Shown here one piece after another: positions 1 through 12,900 of a DNA stretch of 64,000 nt. Below the pieces are notes generated by a model. It was not told where the DNA came from. It ran no database searches and saw nothing but the letters and a program-made list of their open reading frames with translations. The DNA is taken from NCBI RefSeq assembly GCF_009914755.1, contig NC_060937.1, one strand, 5' to 3'. Position numbers and translations under genes: made by a program. Positions within the stretch are counted from its first letter, which is position 1; each line of letters opens with the position of its first letter. This stretch comes from the human T2T-CHM13v2.0 reference genome, Homo sapiens.

Positions 1-482
1 TGTTAGAGACACAATTCAAGAACTAATGGATCCCTGGCACTGAGCTAGAAAATATCACATATTTTTTGCAAATTTAGAAACAGGCTCAGAGTTTTTAAAG
101 AATTATCTAAGGTTATAAAAGACAAGATAGAATTCCAAATAAATTGGTATAGGTATGGCAACCCTTTGACGTGAACTATTTACTTAGCAATGTTCTATTT
201 ATTTATTTTAGTTTTCTTCTTATTACTTTAATATTCTAAATTTCCTCTTTATAAATTACTCAAATATTCTATTTTTAATCAATGATATAGCCTATACTCA
301 CTTCTATTATCTACAATTATCTACACCTACAATCCTCAAGAATATGTGAGGGATGCCAGAAGTTGCTACCATATATCAATGATAACTCAGAGTAACTAAC
401 ACCATAAAACGGATACAAAGTCTGGAAAAGATTTAAATTAGTCTCTGGACCTCTCATTACAAGAACCAATGTGTGTTACTAA

Positions 483-815
<333 letters not shown>

Positions 816-1021
816 TATTAGATATTATCTTATTTTCAGAATAGTCAAGATGTTAATGTTTGAACACTTACCAATACTGAAGGTATTATCCTTACTTTAT
901 CTTAAAAGTTTTAGAAAGCATGACTATGCCATAAAAGCTGCTTTCTTAAGGAATAAAATTACTTTCTCACTTTTCTTCAATAGCAATTCAACATTAATAA
1001 GAGGGAATCTTTACTAACACT

Positions 1022-1046
1022 ACACACACACACACACACACACGCA
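1022..1046. repeat. (CA)n microsatellite
   Basis: Visible dinucleotide run. Confidence 0.9.
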
Positions 1047-2316
1047 CCCCTACCTATATGCATGTTGACCTTTTCTGACCTACTTTAGTTATGTTTGTTA
1101 GGTGAAAACTAAGTACCCAGGTATAGGTTAACTGAATTTAGAGAATAATAATGATCCTAGAAGTTAGAAGAAGATATAAAGAACATGGCTGGTAGCAGAT
1201 ATGATTTTAAATTGTATTTTAATCACAACTATTTTTATAGAGCTACGCAGTCACCAGGTTTTATTAATTTTTCTTCTGCAGTGTTTATCTTTTATTTTTC
1301 CTCCATTCACCTGTCAGCATCCTAGTTTAGACTCTTATGACTAGGTAAGTAATCTACTAATGGGTCTTCCTGGGCACTGGGTGCCCTTTCTCCGATGTAT
1401 CTTGCTCTAGTTAATCCTGTATATTAATTTATCCATGCAAAATGTATTTATCAGGCACTTATCATATCAATGCTTAAATATTCAAGACCTGCAAAAGCAA
1501 CAGAAATTAGCAGGTACACTTCAATATGTGCTTCTGAAATCATGAAATTGGCTATGCATTTGAGTACATTTTTCTTGCAGCAGGTACAGGGAAGAATTAA
1601 ATGCATGCATAAAGACTATAAAATAACAAAGGCAGAATTCTACTCAAAGAGACTTACAATTATTACAAATTGTAGCCAAAACATTCTTATCTTGACACTC
1701 TTAAATGATAAGACAGCAAACATTCATTTCAAATTCAAGTACTCAGGCTATTCGCTCATGAATGGAGTTAGTGATTTTGATCACATATATTCATACATAA
1801 ACTTTTATGTGCATAAGACCTAATGCCTTCAAGGGATAACTCTACTACTGGATTTAATCTAGCAAATACTAAATAATCTGGAGCCTAACCAATGCTGATT
1901 TATAAACTTTTATGTCCTAAAGGCTTAACTTGTAAATCCATTGTTTGTAACCTGGATTATATTTTCCAAAGGGGAAAAAATGAGCTATATATGGCAGCAA
2001 ATATCCTAGGGAACTCCTAAGAATTTAACCTAATAATATAAAAAATATATACTTAATATGCAGTACATAGTAGTAACATTAATAACTGCTAATACATATA
2101 ACTCTTACTAGATCCTCTAGTCAGGATTTAGTAAGTAACATTATTAATAATATTAGTAACATTAGTGACTAACATTAGTTATATTATTAACAATTAGTAA
2201 CATTATTAATAGGTAATAACACTATTAATAACTGCTAATCCATATACCTCTTGCCAGATCCTCTTTTAGGTGTTTATATATTGACTTATTTAATTCTCAC
2301 TGCAACCCTAAGGAGA

Positions 2317-2608
2317 GGTGGCAGCTTGTGCCTGTAATCGCAGCTACTAGGGAGGCTGAGGCAGGAGGATCACTTGAGGCCAGGAGTTCAAGACCAGCCT
2401 GGGCAACATAGCAAGGCCTCATCTCAGAAAAAAAAAAAAAAAAAAAAAAAAGAGAGAGAGCCATGTGTGGTGGTATGCACCTGCAGTCCCAGTTACTTGG
2501 AAGGCTGAGGTAAGAGGATCACTGGAGCCCAGAAGTTTGAGGCTACAACGAGCTATGACTGTGTCACTGCACTACAGCCTGGGTGGCAGAGGAAGACTTT
2601 GATCTCTC
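2317..2608 (+). mobile_element. AluJ with expanded central A tract
   Basis: AluJ diagnostic GGAGGATCAC/GCTATGA. Central A24 plus (AG)n; the 3' end is followed by a T run. Confidence 0.9.
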
Positions 2609-4704
2609 TTTTTTTTTTTTAAATAAGGAGAAGAATTTTAAGTTTTTCTTTTTAATGGCATTTTAAAATACTTAGTTCTATTGTTCGGTTCTTATAATTA
2701 GAAAGCCTGAAAAGAGAACAGAAGATAAAACTTGAAAGATCTACCGCAAAGGAAGAAGCATGTTAGAGCTGGCCTAATATAAATAATTAGACGATAAAAA
2801 TTAAGTCATTTGCTAAAAGGCTGAAGATGAGAGCTGCTTTTGGAGCCCTTGGAAGTGGTTTTTGTGCCAGGAGTAGTTTTTGTGCACAGAAAATAAAATC
2901 TAGAAGTTTAATTTTATTTTTTAATTAATATTTGATTTATGAAAATTACAAAAAAAATTCAAAAAATTAGTCCCAGTTTTTAAAGTTACCTTTAAGTTTT
3001 TACTTAACTTACAAATCTGTCAAAATGTATCACTTACCACTGGCTTTCAATTATTTAGATTTTAAACTGCAATTATAAATTAAACAGATTCAATTTCTTC
3101 TTTAGATATTTCCACTAACTGCTGGTGAATCTTCCCAATTACCTATAATTCTTATAAATCTAATAAACTAAACTTATAAAAATGGTCAACCTTAAATTCT
3201 CATAAATGTTATGGTACTACAAATAAACTTATAAGCATTTCTCCTAAAAATCCCAAGCAAAATCATTACTCAATTACATATTTTAAATTGGAAGTGACAC
3301 TGCCCAATAAGCACATGAAAAGATGCTCAGCATGATTTAGTCATTAGGAAAATAAAAATCAAAACCACAGTGAAATACTATCTCCAACCCACTAAGATGG
3401 CTATAATCAAAAACGCTGACAATCTTTTAGGTGATAAAATGATTTCATCTTGGATCTCTACCATGACTTGGTCTCCATTCTGATCACAACAGTTAAGGTC
3501 ATTCTTCTAGAAGGTTTGAGGATTCTTTCAGCCTTTCACTAGGTACTGTTTAAACTCAGCTGCTATTCCTCAAGGGCTTCATATTCTAGATTTAGAAAAA
3601 TAACAGGAAGATTTTAGGAAAAAACTTAAAGGCAGGAAGCGTGGGTCATATAAAGAGAACATAGTCTAAATGTCTCTTTAACCACTGACTTTTCAATTAT
3701 ACTGGCATGGAATAAGCAGTTAACGTATTTATAAATTAATTATTTATAAATTAGTAGAAGTTATTTATTGAAAACATTATCAAACAGGCTCTAAAGAAAA
3801 AAATTCTTAATGTATTTTTCTTATTCTTCATATTTTAGTATCAGTTTTCTGTTGGCTGGTTGGTCTTTGTCTCCCCAATGAAACTGTACATTTCTTCAGG
3901 TCAGAAAAGGAAAAAGAGAAAGAAAATTAAATGCTAGGTACTTTGCTTCCTTGTGAAAGAGATATGATGTTCATGGTCAAAGAAGCAGGCTTAGTTAGTG
4001 ACTAAAATGTGATTTGAAGGTACAGACAGAATCTTAGAATTATAGGAATTTAATGTCTCTATACAATATTTTCACCAGGATGTGGTTCTCTGGTGAATCC
4101 CCCTAATCCTCTTTAAGGTCTCGAAATACAATCATTTACACCGGCCAAGATAGTGCTGGAGAAAGAACCCTTCAAATTCTGCACTGACATTCCCCAATAC
4201 ATTTTTTTTGCCATTACATTTTTACCAATTCATTTTCAAATCTCTAATTTGACATTACATACATTACCTACATGCATTTGGGAGGCACATTACGTAAGTG
4301 TTGATTTACCTTTTATGACTACTGCAAAGATCAAATAAAATAAATATGATCATGTAAGTTCTAAGTCTTAAAACTGTTGTTAGTCTTATGCTTAAATGTA
4401 AGGGTTAATAAGATTCAATTAAGGAAAATGGCTGTCCCTGGTTTGTCCTTTTCCTAACATTGCTCAGTTATTAATACTTCCTTCCTTCTATTAATACATG
4501 AAATCTGCCAAACATTTAGGTCTGTAAATCCATGAGGATTACTTAAATATCATGTCAACTAGACTATAAACTGTTCAAGGGGAGGAATCATGAATCATGA
4601 TGCCCTCTATTCCTCTGTCTTTGCTTCCTTCTACTTTTTCTTTTCCACCATTACCCAGTTTTTCACAATGTAGTTTTTTTTTTTGATGGCATATTAAATA
4701 TATA

Positions 4705-5000
<296 letters not shown>

Positions 5001-5529
5001 TAAACATCTTTAATGAAGGCATGGTACAAGTACTAAATCAGCTGATTGTCCTCCCTAAAGTATGTCAATAAAATCCTCAGGGGGCCATTAGAAAGAAAGA
5101 GAAAAATACCATAATTACCATGATCACAGACAAGATCTCTAATAAGCCATAGCTACTACTGTAGATGCAGCTCTAAAAAAGAAGAGGCCACAGTCCATAA
5201 GCTTACTAACAGTCCTTATTCTAAAGACTGAGTCCTCTAAATATGTGCAATCATTCTACAAATTTTTCACAGCATTTAAGCCTTATTATTTTGATAATAC
5301 AAGTATGAATAGAGTAGTCTGAATCAAGTGTAATTAGAAAATATGTGGAAAACAAAAACTTCTAAGTAGTCATACTTGCAACAGCACAGCTATTTCACAA
5401 AGGATATGTGAATTCTTCTTAAATGAGCAAAATTAAGAGAAACCCCAAAAAACTATAGATGCGTTTAAGTACTCATCAAACGTTATAATTTTAGTAATTT
5501 TTCACATGCTTGATATTATTGGTAGTGAT

Positions 5530-5720
5530 AACAATGAGAACAGTATGTGTTGCCTGCTTACCACGGTCTCAGAAATTGTGCTAACGATATTTATATAAGG
5601 TAGATATTATTCTCTTTATTTTCCAGATAAGGAAACTGAAGCTTGAATGAGGTTAAATATCTTGCCAAAGGTAAGTGGGAAACTGAATACAGCTCTGTTT
5701 CTGAACCCAAGATCTTAGGC
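5530..5720 (-). mobile_element. MIR
   Basis: TTTTCCAGATAAGGAAACTGAAGCTT..GAGGTTAAATATCTTGCCAAAGG. Confidence 0.7.
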
Positions 5721-5726
5721 TAAGAT

Positions 5727-5983
5727 AGGGTTTCTCAACCTCAGCACAACTGATATTTTAGACCAGATAAATTCTTCATTTGGGTAGTGGGGGGAGCTGT
5801 TTTGTGCATTGTAGGAGGTATAATATCATCTCTTGCTTCTATCCACTAGATATCAGTGGCATTCCACCCTTGCCGCCTTCCCCTTCCCCCTGCCCCCGGC
5901 AAAGTTGTGGCAATAAAAAAAAGTATGCAGACATTGCCAAATGTCTCCTAGGGGGCAAAATTGCCTTGGTTGAGAATCACGGC
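5727..5983 (-). mobile_element. MER20 (hAT-Charlie)
   Basis: GTTTCTCAACCTCAGCAC...CAGACATTGCCAAATGTCTCCTAGGGGGCAAAATTGCC..GGTTGAGAATCAC. Confidence 0.85.
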
Positions 5984-7371
5984 TAAGTAATGTATTACTT
6001 AATTCATACCTTTACTGTGATAAACCATCAAGAGCACATTCTTGGAGAAATCTAGAGCAATACAACAACTTCACACATTTTAAACTACTCAGCAAATAGG
6101 ATATTTAAAATCATTTGAAAATAAGACTAACTGAAGATGTTATATGGTTAAGTAAAAATGTCTAAAAGGTACCTAAATGCAATAAATTACATGATCACAT
6201 ATTATTTTCTTTGCTCCCATACACTAAGACTATAAAATTATGAGTCTGTAACAAAAATAGAACTTTTTACATGCATATGAGTGGTTCTTCAAAGCGGTAC
6301 CTTTGGACTGGATGTGCACAATTGCTGCCATTGAAGGGAAAAAAAGAGTCAAATCCTGTATTTTGGAAGTATTTTGAAACCTAGTTTAGAAGTTATTTCC
6401 CTCTGTTGTTCTCCATCACCTCACTTCTACATGGCATTTATTTACAAAACTTGCCTTATTATTTTACAAATCACATTTGGCTTTTTCTTTTAAGCCTAGA
6501 ATAATACCATGCAGTTTATCACCATTTTATTTTAGACTTTGTTTTGAATAATTTTTGCTTATTTTCAAAATAAGTCCAAGTATCAAAGGACAAAATTTGT
6601 CACATTGTGGGTATTGAAAAAAAAAAGCCAAAAAAGTCAAAGTATTTTATGCAATGGCAGAACCAATGGACTGAGAATAAAATTTTCTAGGATGACTAGG
6701 GCAGGGAATAGGGGGATGACTATACTAACATCCAAAGGTTTCAAAAGTTTATTTTAAAATCCAATTGCTGAACAGTAATTCCTTTTCGAGCTTATATTCA
6801 TGATTATTTAAGTTTTACTTCCGCAAACACCCTGCGGTCAATTCAAATCAATAAATCACTGAATTTCACATTTAATTTTTAAGATATATTTTGAAATGCT
6901 AGTGTTGACATCTTGCTCTGCTGAAAATATGACGAGACAGCAACAAAGTAACAAGACTGATGGATTTAAATTTCAGCCTCTTATTTCTCCTCCTAACCCT
7001 GACTGAATGAGTTAGTAAGTTCTGATGGCCAATGAGTAGGCAGATTTGAGGAGAGAGAGGAGCACTTGAACAGTGTAAGCCTGTTTGAAAAGTCATTTGG
7101 CAATTAATATCATAAGCTGTAAAAAATATTCCCTCTTTTTAACTGAGATTCCATTCCTAGAAATTGATTCAATGTAAATAATTCAAAAGAGGCAGAAGAA
7201 AAAAAGCTATGACATATAAAAATGTTGTCTTCTAAAATCCTAACAATGATAAAGTGTGAATGTTTTAATACAACTAAAAAAAAGAAGATAAAAGAAAAAA
7301 TATGGCAGACTAACTTGAAAGAATATTATGCAGCCATAAAAATTTATAAAATATGGATGGAATAAGTCAAG

Positions 7372-10300
7372 TCAACCTTTCGGCAGGATAGTTACCTGCC
7401 GGTCTGCTAAATCGTTGGAGCAACATTGCCCTAAGTAACAAACACTCAGGCTGGTAGCAGCTCTGAACCTCCCTGGGATGGATCTCCCAGAGGGAGCAGA
7501 CAGCCATTTTTGCTGCTCAACAGACCTCTTTCCTGTTGCCCTCAGGCTTAGAAGGCAGCTTAGTGGCTGGGGACTGACAGGGACCCCCCCACGGTGCAGC
7601 AGCCTTATGGAAAAAGGGCCAGACTGTTTTCCATATGGATTTTCACCTCCGGGTAGGGACAGGGTGCCTCTCAACCTGGACCCCCAGCACATCCACCCTG
7701 CCCCTACCCGAACACCAGTGGGTGGCAGCTCTGCATTTCTCTGAGAAAATCCCAGAGACAACCCACAGCCCCTCTGCCATTGCAGATGCAGGGGTACTGC
7801 CCTTGCCACCCTCAAGCTGAGGAAGGAACAGAGGGCCTGATGGCAACTCTGGCATGCCACAGCCACCCTATGGAGAGGAGCCCAGTCTCTTTTCTCTGTG
7901 AGACCCCACTCCCCACTCTTCAACAGGCACACCCGCTCTCAGAACCACAGAATAGCCATCCTACCCCCAGCTAAGCATTCCCACTGCTAGTAACTCTGTG
8001 TTTCCCTGGGGAGGGGCTCCCAGAGGCAACCAATAGCAGCGGTTCTGCCCCTGCTGCTCTTGGACTGGAGAAGAAACGAAGAGCCTGAGAGCTTTATTCA
8101 CACTTAAAGCATGACAGTCATTGTACAGAGGAGCTCAGCTTCTTCTCATTATGAGCCCTCAACCCCCGCATTTTTCAGCAAGCAGAGCCCCAAGCTTGGG
8201 CCAGCAGTGCAGTCTCCCCAATCCTTGGCTGAACATTCCCACTAGCAACGGCTCAGCATTTCTCTGATTTCGCTCTCAGAGACAACTGAAAGCCCCTCTA
8301 CCACTTCAGTTGTACTGCCCTTGTTGCCCTCGGACCGGGGAAGGAGTGAAGACCCTGAGTGCTTTAACTATACCTTTAGCAAGTCATAGCCACCCTAAGA
8401 AGAGGCCAGACTGTCTCCCCGCAAAGTCCTCTTTCCCCATTGCTCAACGTCACCAGGCAGGGTTCCCTGGCTTGAGCCCACTATGCAGCCACCCCACCCC
8501 AGGCCGAACACACTGATTGATAGAGGGTCTGCATTTCTCTGGGGTGGAGCCCCAAGAGGCAAGTGAAAGGCCCTCTGCCACAGCCACTGCCAAGGTCCCT
8601 TCCCCTGTTGCCTCCAAACTGGGAAGGGAACATGAAGCCTGAGCTCATCCAAGGGCAGCAGTGTGCAGCCTGGGAGTATGAAGGCCAGATTTGCAGCCAC
8701 CACTTAAGTGGGAGAGGAGCCCACACTTTCAGAGCAGGGAGAGGAAGCACAGCTGCAGTGGTGAGGAAATACAGAGGGGCCACGCAGTGGAGCAACAGCC
8801 TACCTACTAGCCATTATGCTTAAGCACCATCTACTGGATCACAGCTTAAACTTCAACACCAAAAATACTTTGCTAATACACCCTGCTGTGAAACCAAGGA
8901 CAAGAACTCAGTGACAAATAAAGACCCTGCACAAATAAAAGGACAAGGCACAAAGCTTTGGCCTTCTGAAAACATCCAGAAAAGAAGTTAACTGACTGTA
9001 CTCGAGTTACACCACAGTTAAAGAACATCAGCCCACACAGAGAAGAAAGAACCAGTGCATGAACTTTGGCAACCCAAAATGCCAGCCTGTCTTCTTTCTT
9101 CCAAATGACCACGCTAGTTCCCAGCAGGGGTCCTCCAACTGGGGTGAAATCACAGAAATATAATTCAGAATAGAGATACAAATGAAGATCATCAAGGTTC
9201 AGGAGAAAGATGAAACCTAATCTAAGGAGTACAATAAAATGATGCAGGAGCTGATAGATGAAGTGGTCATTATAAGAAATGACCAAACTGATCTGATAGA
9301 GGTGAAAAACACACTAAAAGAATTTCATAATGCAATTGCAAGTATTAATGGCAGAATAAGCCAAGTTGAGGCAAGAGTCTCAAAGCCTGAGGACTGGTTT
9401 GCTGAACTCAGTCAGACAAAAACAACAAAAAAGAGAATAAAAAAGAATGAACGAAACTCCTGAGAAATACAGGGTTATGAAATAAAGAGACTAAATCTAT
9501 GACTAACTGGCATTCCTGAAAGGGGAAGAAAGTAAGCAACTTGGGAAACATATTTCAGGATATTGTCCATGAAAATTTCCCCAACTTCACTAAAGAGGCC
9601 AACATTCAAATTCAGGAAATGCAGAGAATCCCTGAAAGATACTACATAAGAATACCATCCCCAAGACACACAGTCATCAGATTCTCCAAGGTCAAAATGG
9701 AATAAAAAATGTTAAAAGCAGCTAGAGAGAAGAGGCAGGTCACTTATACAAATCATTCACTTATACAAATATATTCAGCATTCTATAAGAAAAGAATTTC
9801 CAACCAAGAATTTCAAATCCAGCCAAACTAAGTTTAATAAGCAAAGGAGAAATAAATAAGATCCTTTTTAGATAGGCAAATGCTAAGTGAATTTGTCACC
9901 ACCAGACCTAACTTACCAGAGGTCCTTAAAGGAGTGCTAAATATGGAAAGGAAAGAAGACCATTACTAGCCACTACAGAAACACACAGAAGTACATACTA
10001 AAAAAACAAAAGTACACAGACCACTGACACTATAAAAGAATGATGCAAACAAGTCTACATGATAACCAGCTAACAATACAATGACAGGATCAAATCCACA
10101 CATATCAATATTAACCTTGACTGTAAATGGGTTAAATGCCCCAATTAAAAGGCATAGAGTGGCAGGCCGGATAAAGAAGCAAGATCCATTGGTACGCTGT
10201 CTCTAAGAGACTCATCTTACACGCAATGACATCCAGAGGCTCAAAGTAAGGGATGGAGAAAAATCTACCAAGCAAATGGAAAACAGAAAAAAAAAAGGGA

Positions 10301-11445
10301 GAAGGGGTTTCAATCCTAATTTCAGACAAAACAGACTGTAAACCCACAAAGATCAAAAAACACAAAGATGGACGTTATATAACAGTAAAGGGATCAATTC
10401 AACAAGATCTAACTATCCTAAACATATCTGCACCCAACACAGGAGCACTCAGACTGATAAAACAAGTTCTTAAAGACCTACAAAGAGACTTAGATCTCCA
10501 CACAATAATAGTTTGAGGCTTCAACATCCCACTGACTATATTAAGCAGATAATCAAGGCAGAAAATTAGCAAAGATTTTCAAGACCTGAACTTGATACTT
10601 GACCAAAAAAGACCTAACAGACATCTACAGAACTCTTCACCAAAAAACATACATTCTTCAGAATGTATATTCTTCAGAATATACATTCTTCTCATCTGCA
10701 CATGGCACATACTTTAAAATAGAACACACAATCAGCCATAAGACAATCCTCAGCTAAATAAAAAAAAAAAAACCTGAAATTATACTGCCATACTCTTGGA
10801 CCATAGCTCATTAAAAATAGAACTTAATACTAAGAAAATCACTCAAAACCATACAATTACAGGTAAATTGAACAACCTACTCCTGAATGACCTTTGGGTA
10901 AACAATAAAATTAAGGCAGACATCAAGAAATGCTTTGAAACTAATGAGAACAAAGATATAACATACCAAAATCTCTGGGACACAGCTAAAGATGGAAGTT
11001 TATAAAGAGAGAAGTTTATACCACTAAATAACCATATCAAAAAGTCTGAAAGATCTCAAATTAACAACCTAACATTACACCTAGAAGAATTAGAGAAATA
11101 AGAGCAAATTAAGCCCAAAACTAGCCGAAGACAAGAAATAGCCAAAATTAGAGCTGAAATGAAGGAAACTGAGATGTGAAAAACCATACAAAAGATCAAC
11201 AAATCCAGGAGTTGGTTATTTGAAGATTAAATTAGACTACTAGCTAGAAAAAAGGGAGAAGATCCAAATAAGAAATGACAAAGGGAGCATCACCACTGAC
11301 CCCACAGTAATACAAAAAAAATCCTGGGAGACTACTATTAATACTTCTATGCACACAGTCTAAAAAAACCTAGAACAAATGGATAAACTCCTGGAAACAG
11401 AACCTCCAAAGATCGAACCAGGAAGAAACTGAATAACAGAACAGA
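7372..11445 (+). mobile_element. Older LINE-1 (L1PA13-16-like): 5' UTR, ORF1 and the 5' part of ORF2; 3' end missing
   Basis: GC-rich repetitive 5' UTR (~7372-9030), degenerate ORF1 from ~9040 (AGAAAGAACCAGTGC...), ORF2 start ATGACAGGATCAAATCCACAC at 10081. Similarity stops at ~11445 with no poly(A). Confidence 0.85.
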
Positions 11446-12568
11446 TGTTATTTCCAGGTGATAGCATAATGAGTTATTTCAGATTTCTACTTTAAACTTT
11501 TCACATTTTTCCAAATTTCCACAATGAACATGATTTATAGCTATAAACAACAGAGATTACAGAAACAGCTTATAATGCATTCGATCATTCCTACCTTCTA
11601 ATGATCTGAACATACACAACACATGTGCATGTGGCCTGAAATACACATGCACATATATATACAACTTGGTTACATATAATTCTGTATCTCAGGTAACAGT
11701 ACTAACTTGAAAGAGCCAGATTATTAAATATCAAAATAGCCATCTGATTCAGAAATTTGGGACCATTTAATTAAGCAAAGCCAATGATTTAAATAAAAAA
11801 CAACTCTCTAAAGAGACTACTCAATAATTAAGAGGTATTTAAAATATTTGAAATACTAAGATTTATGTAAAACATACACCTATATCAAACTAAGAATGTC
11901 TGCCATTTTATCACAATGGATGGATTAAATGGTCTACAGCAGCTTTCCACAGTAATTCTCTCTTGGGAATTCTGTCTGGAAAACAAACTCAATTTTAGAA
12001 TCTAAATTCTTAAAGTTCCTAGATTTCAGCAGTCCTTGAGGGCAAGGTAGATTCAAAATCACCTAGGGAGCTTTTTCAAATTATATTTCTTGGCCCGGGC
12101 CCCCTCTTCCAAGAGTCTGATATGTCTGTCCTCTGGGATGAAAGCATGGGCATCTCCACTTAGAAAACGGCTCTTACACCCCCAATACTACCTTCTCTTT
12201 GAGAAACATGACTATATATGCTATCTATCTTTTTAATAAAAAATAGTCTCCTTTAACTTGGGGGGAAAATCACTCCCTAGTACAACTGGTTTGGCTTAAT
12301 TATAACTTGCCCTCCCATATTTTTAATTGAATGAATGGTTGAAACATCACAACATTCAAGAAGCTGAGATGATAGAACATGATTTCACCTATTCATTATA
12401 TACATTTTCCATGCAATTATCCAACATTAAGTTATATACAGGCTAGACTTTTAAATAAATTCTTAAAAATTCTACCATTTTCTAAAACTACTAAGGATTT
12501 CCAGAAAACTATGGCATTACAAATGCCATTCTAAAATAAAGTGGTATGCATCCAAAGTAGTACCTTGT

Positions 12569-12900
<332 letters not shown>

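Noticed and set aside
1470-1823. 117-aa plus-strand ORF
   Set aside because: No recognisable homology, promoter or splice structure, and its length is compatible with chance.
2071-2264. Repeat-spacer-like pattern as a possible CRISPR array
   Set aside because: Eukaryotic DNA, degenerate units, no unique constant-length spacers and no cas genes.
3032-3045. Strong minus-strand donor CAGTG|GTAAGT as a UBL3 exon end
   Set aside because: No convincing upstream acceptor, and no UBL3 exon-2 coding sequence is adjacent.
7372-8823. Cluster of 60-186 aa ORFs on both strands
   Set aside because: They fall inside the GC-rich repetitive 5' UTR of the old L1.
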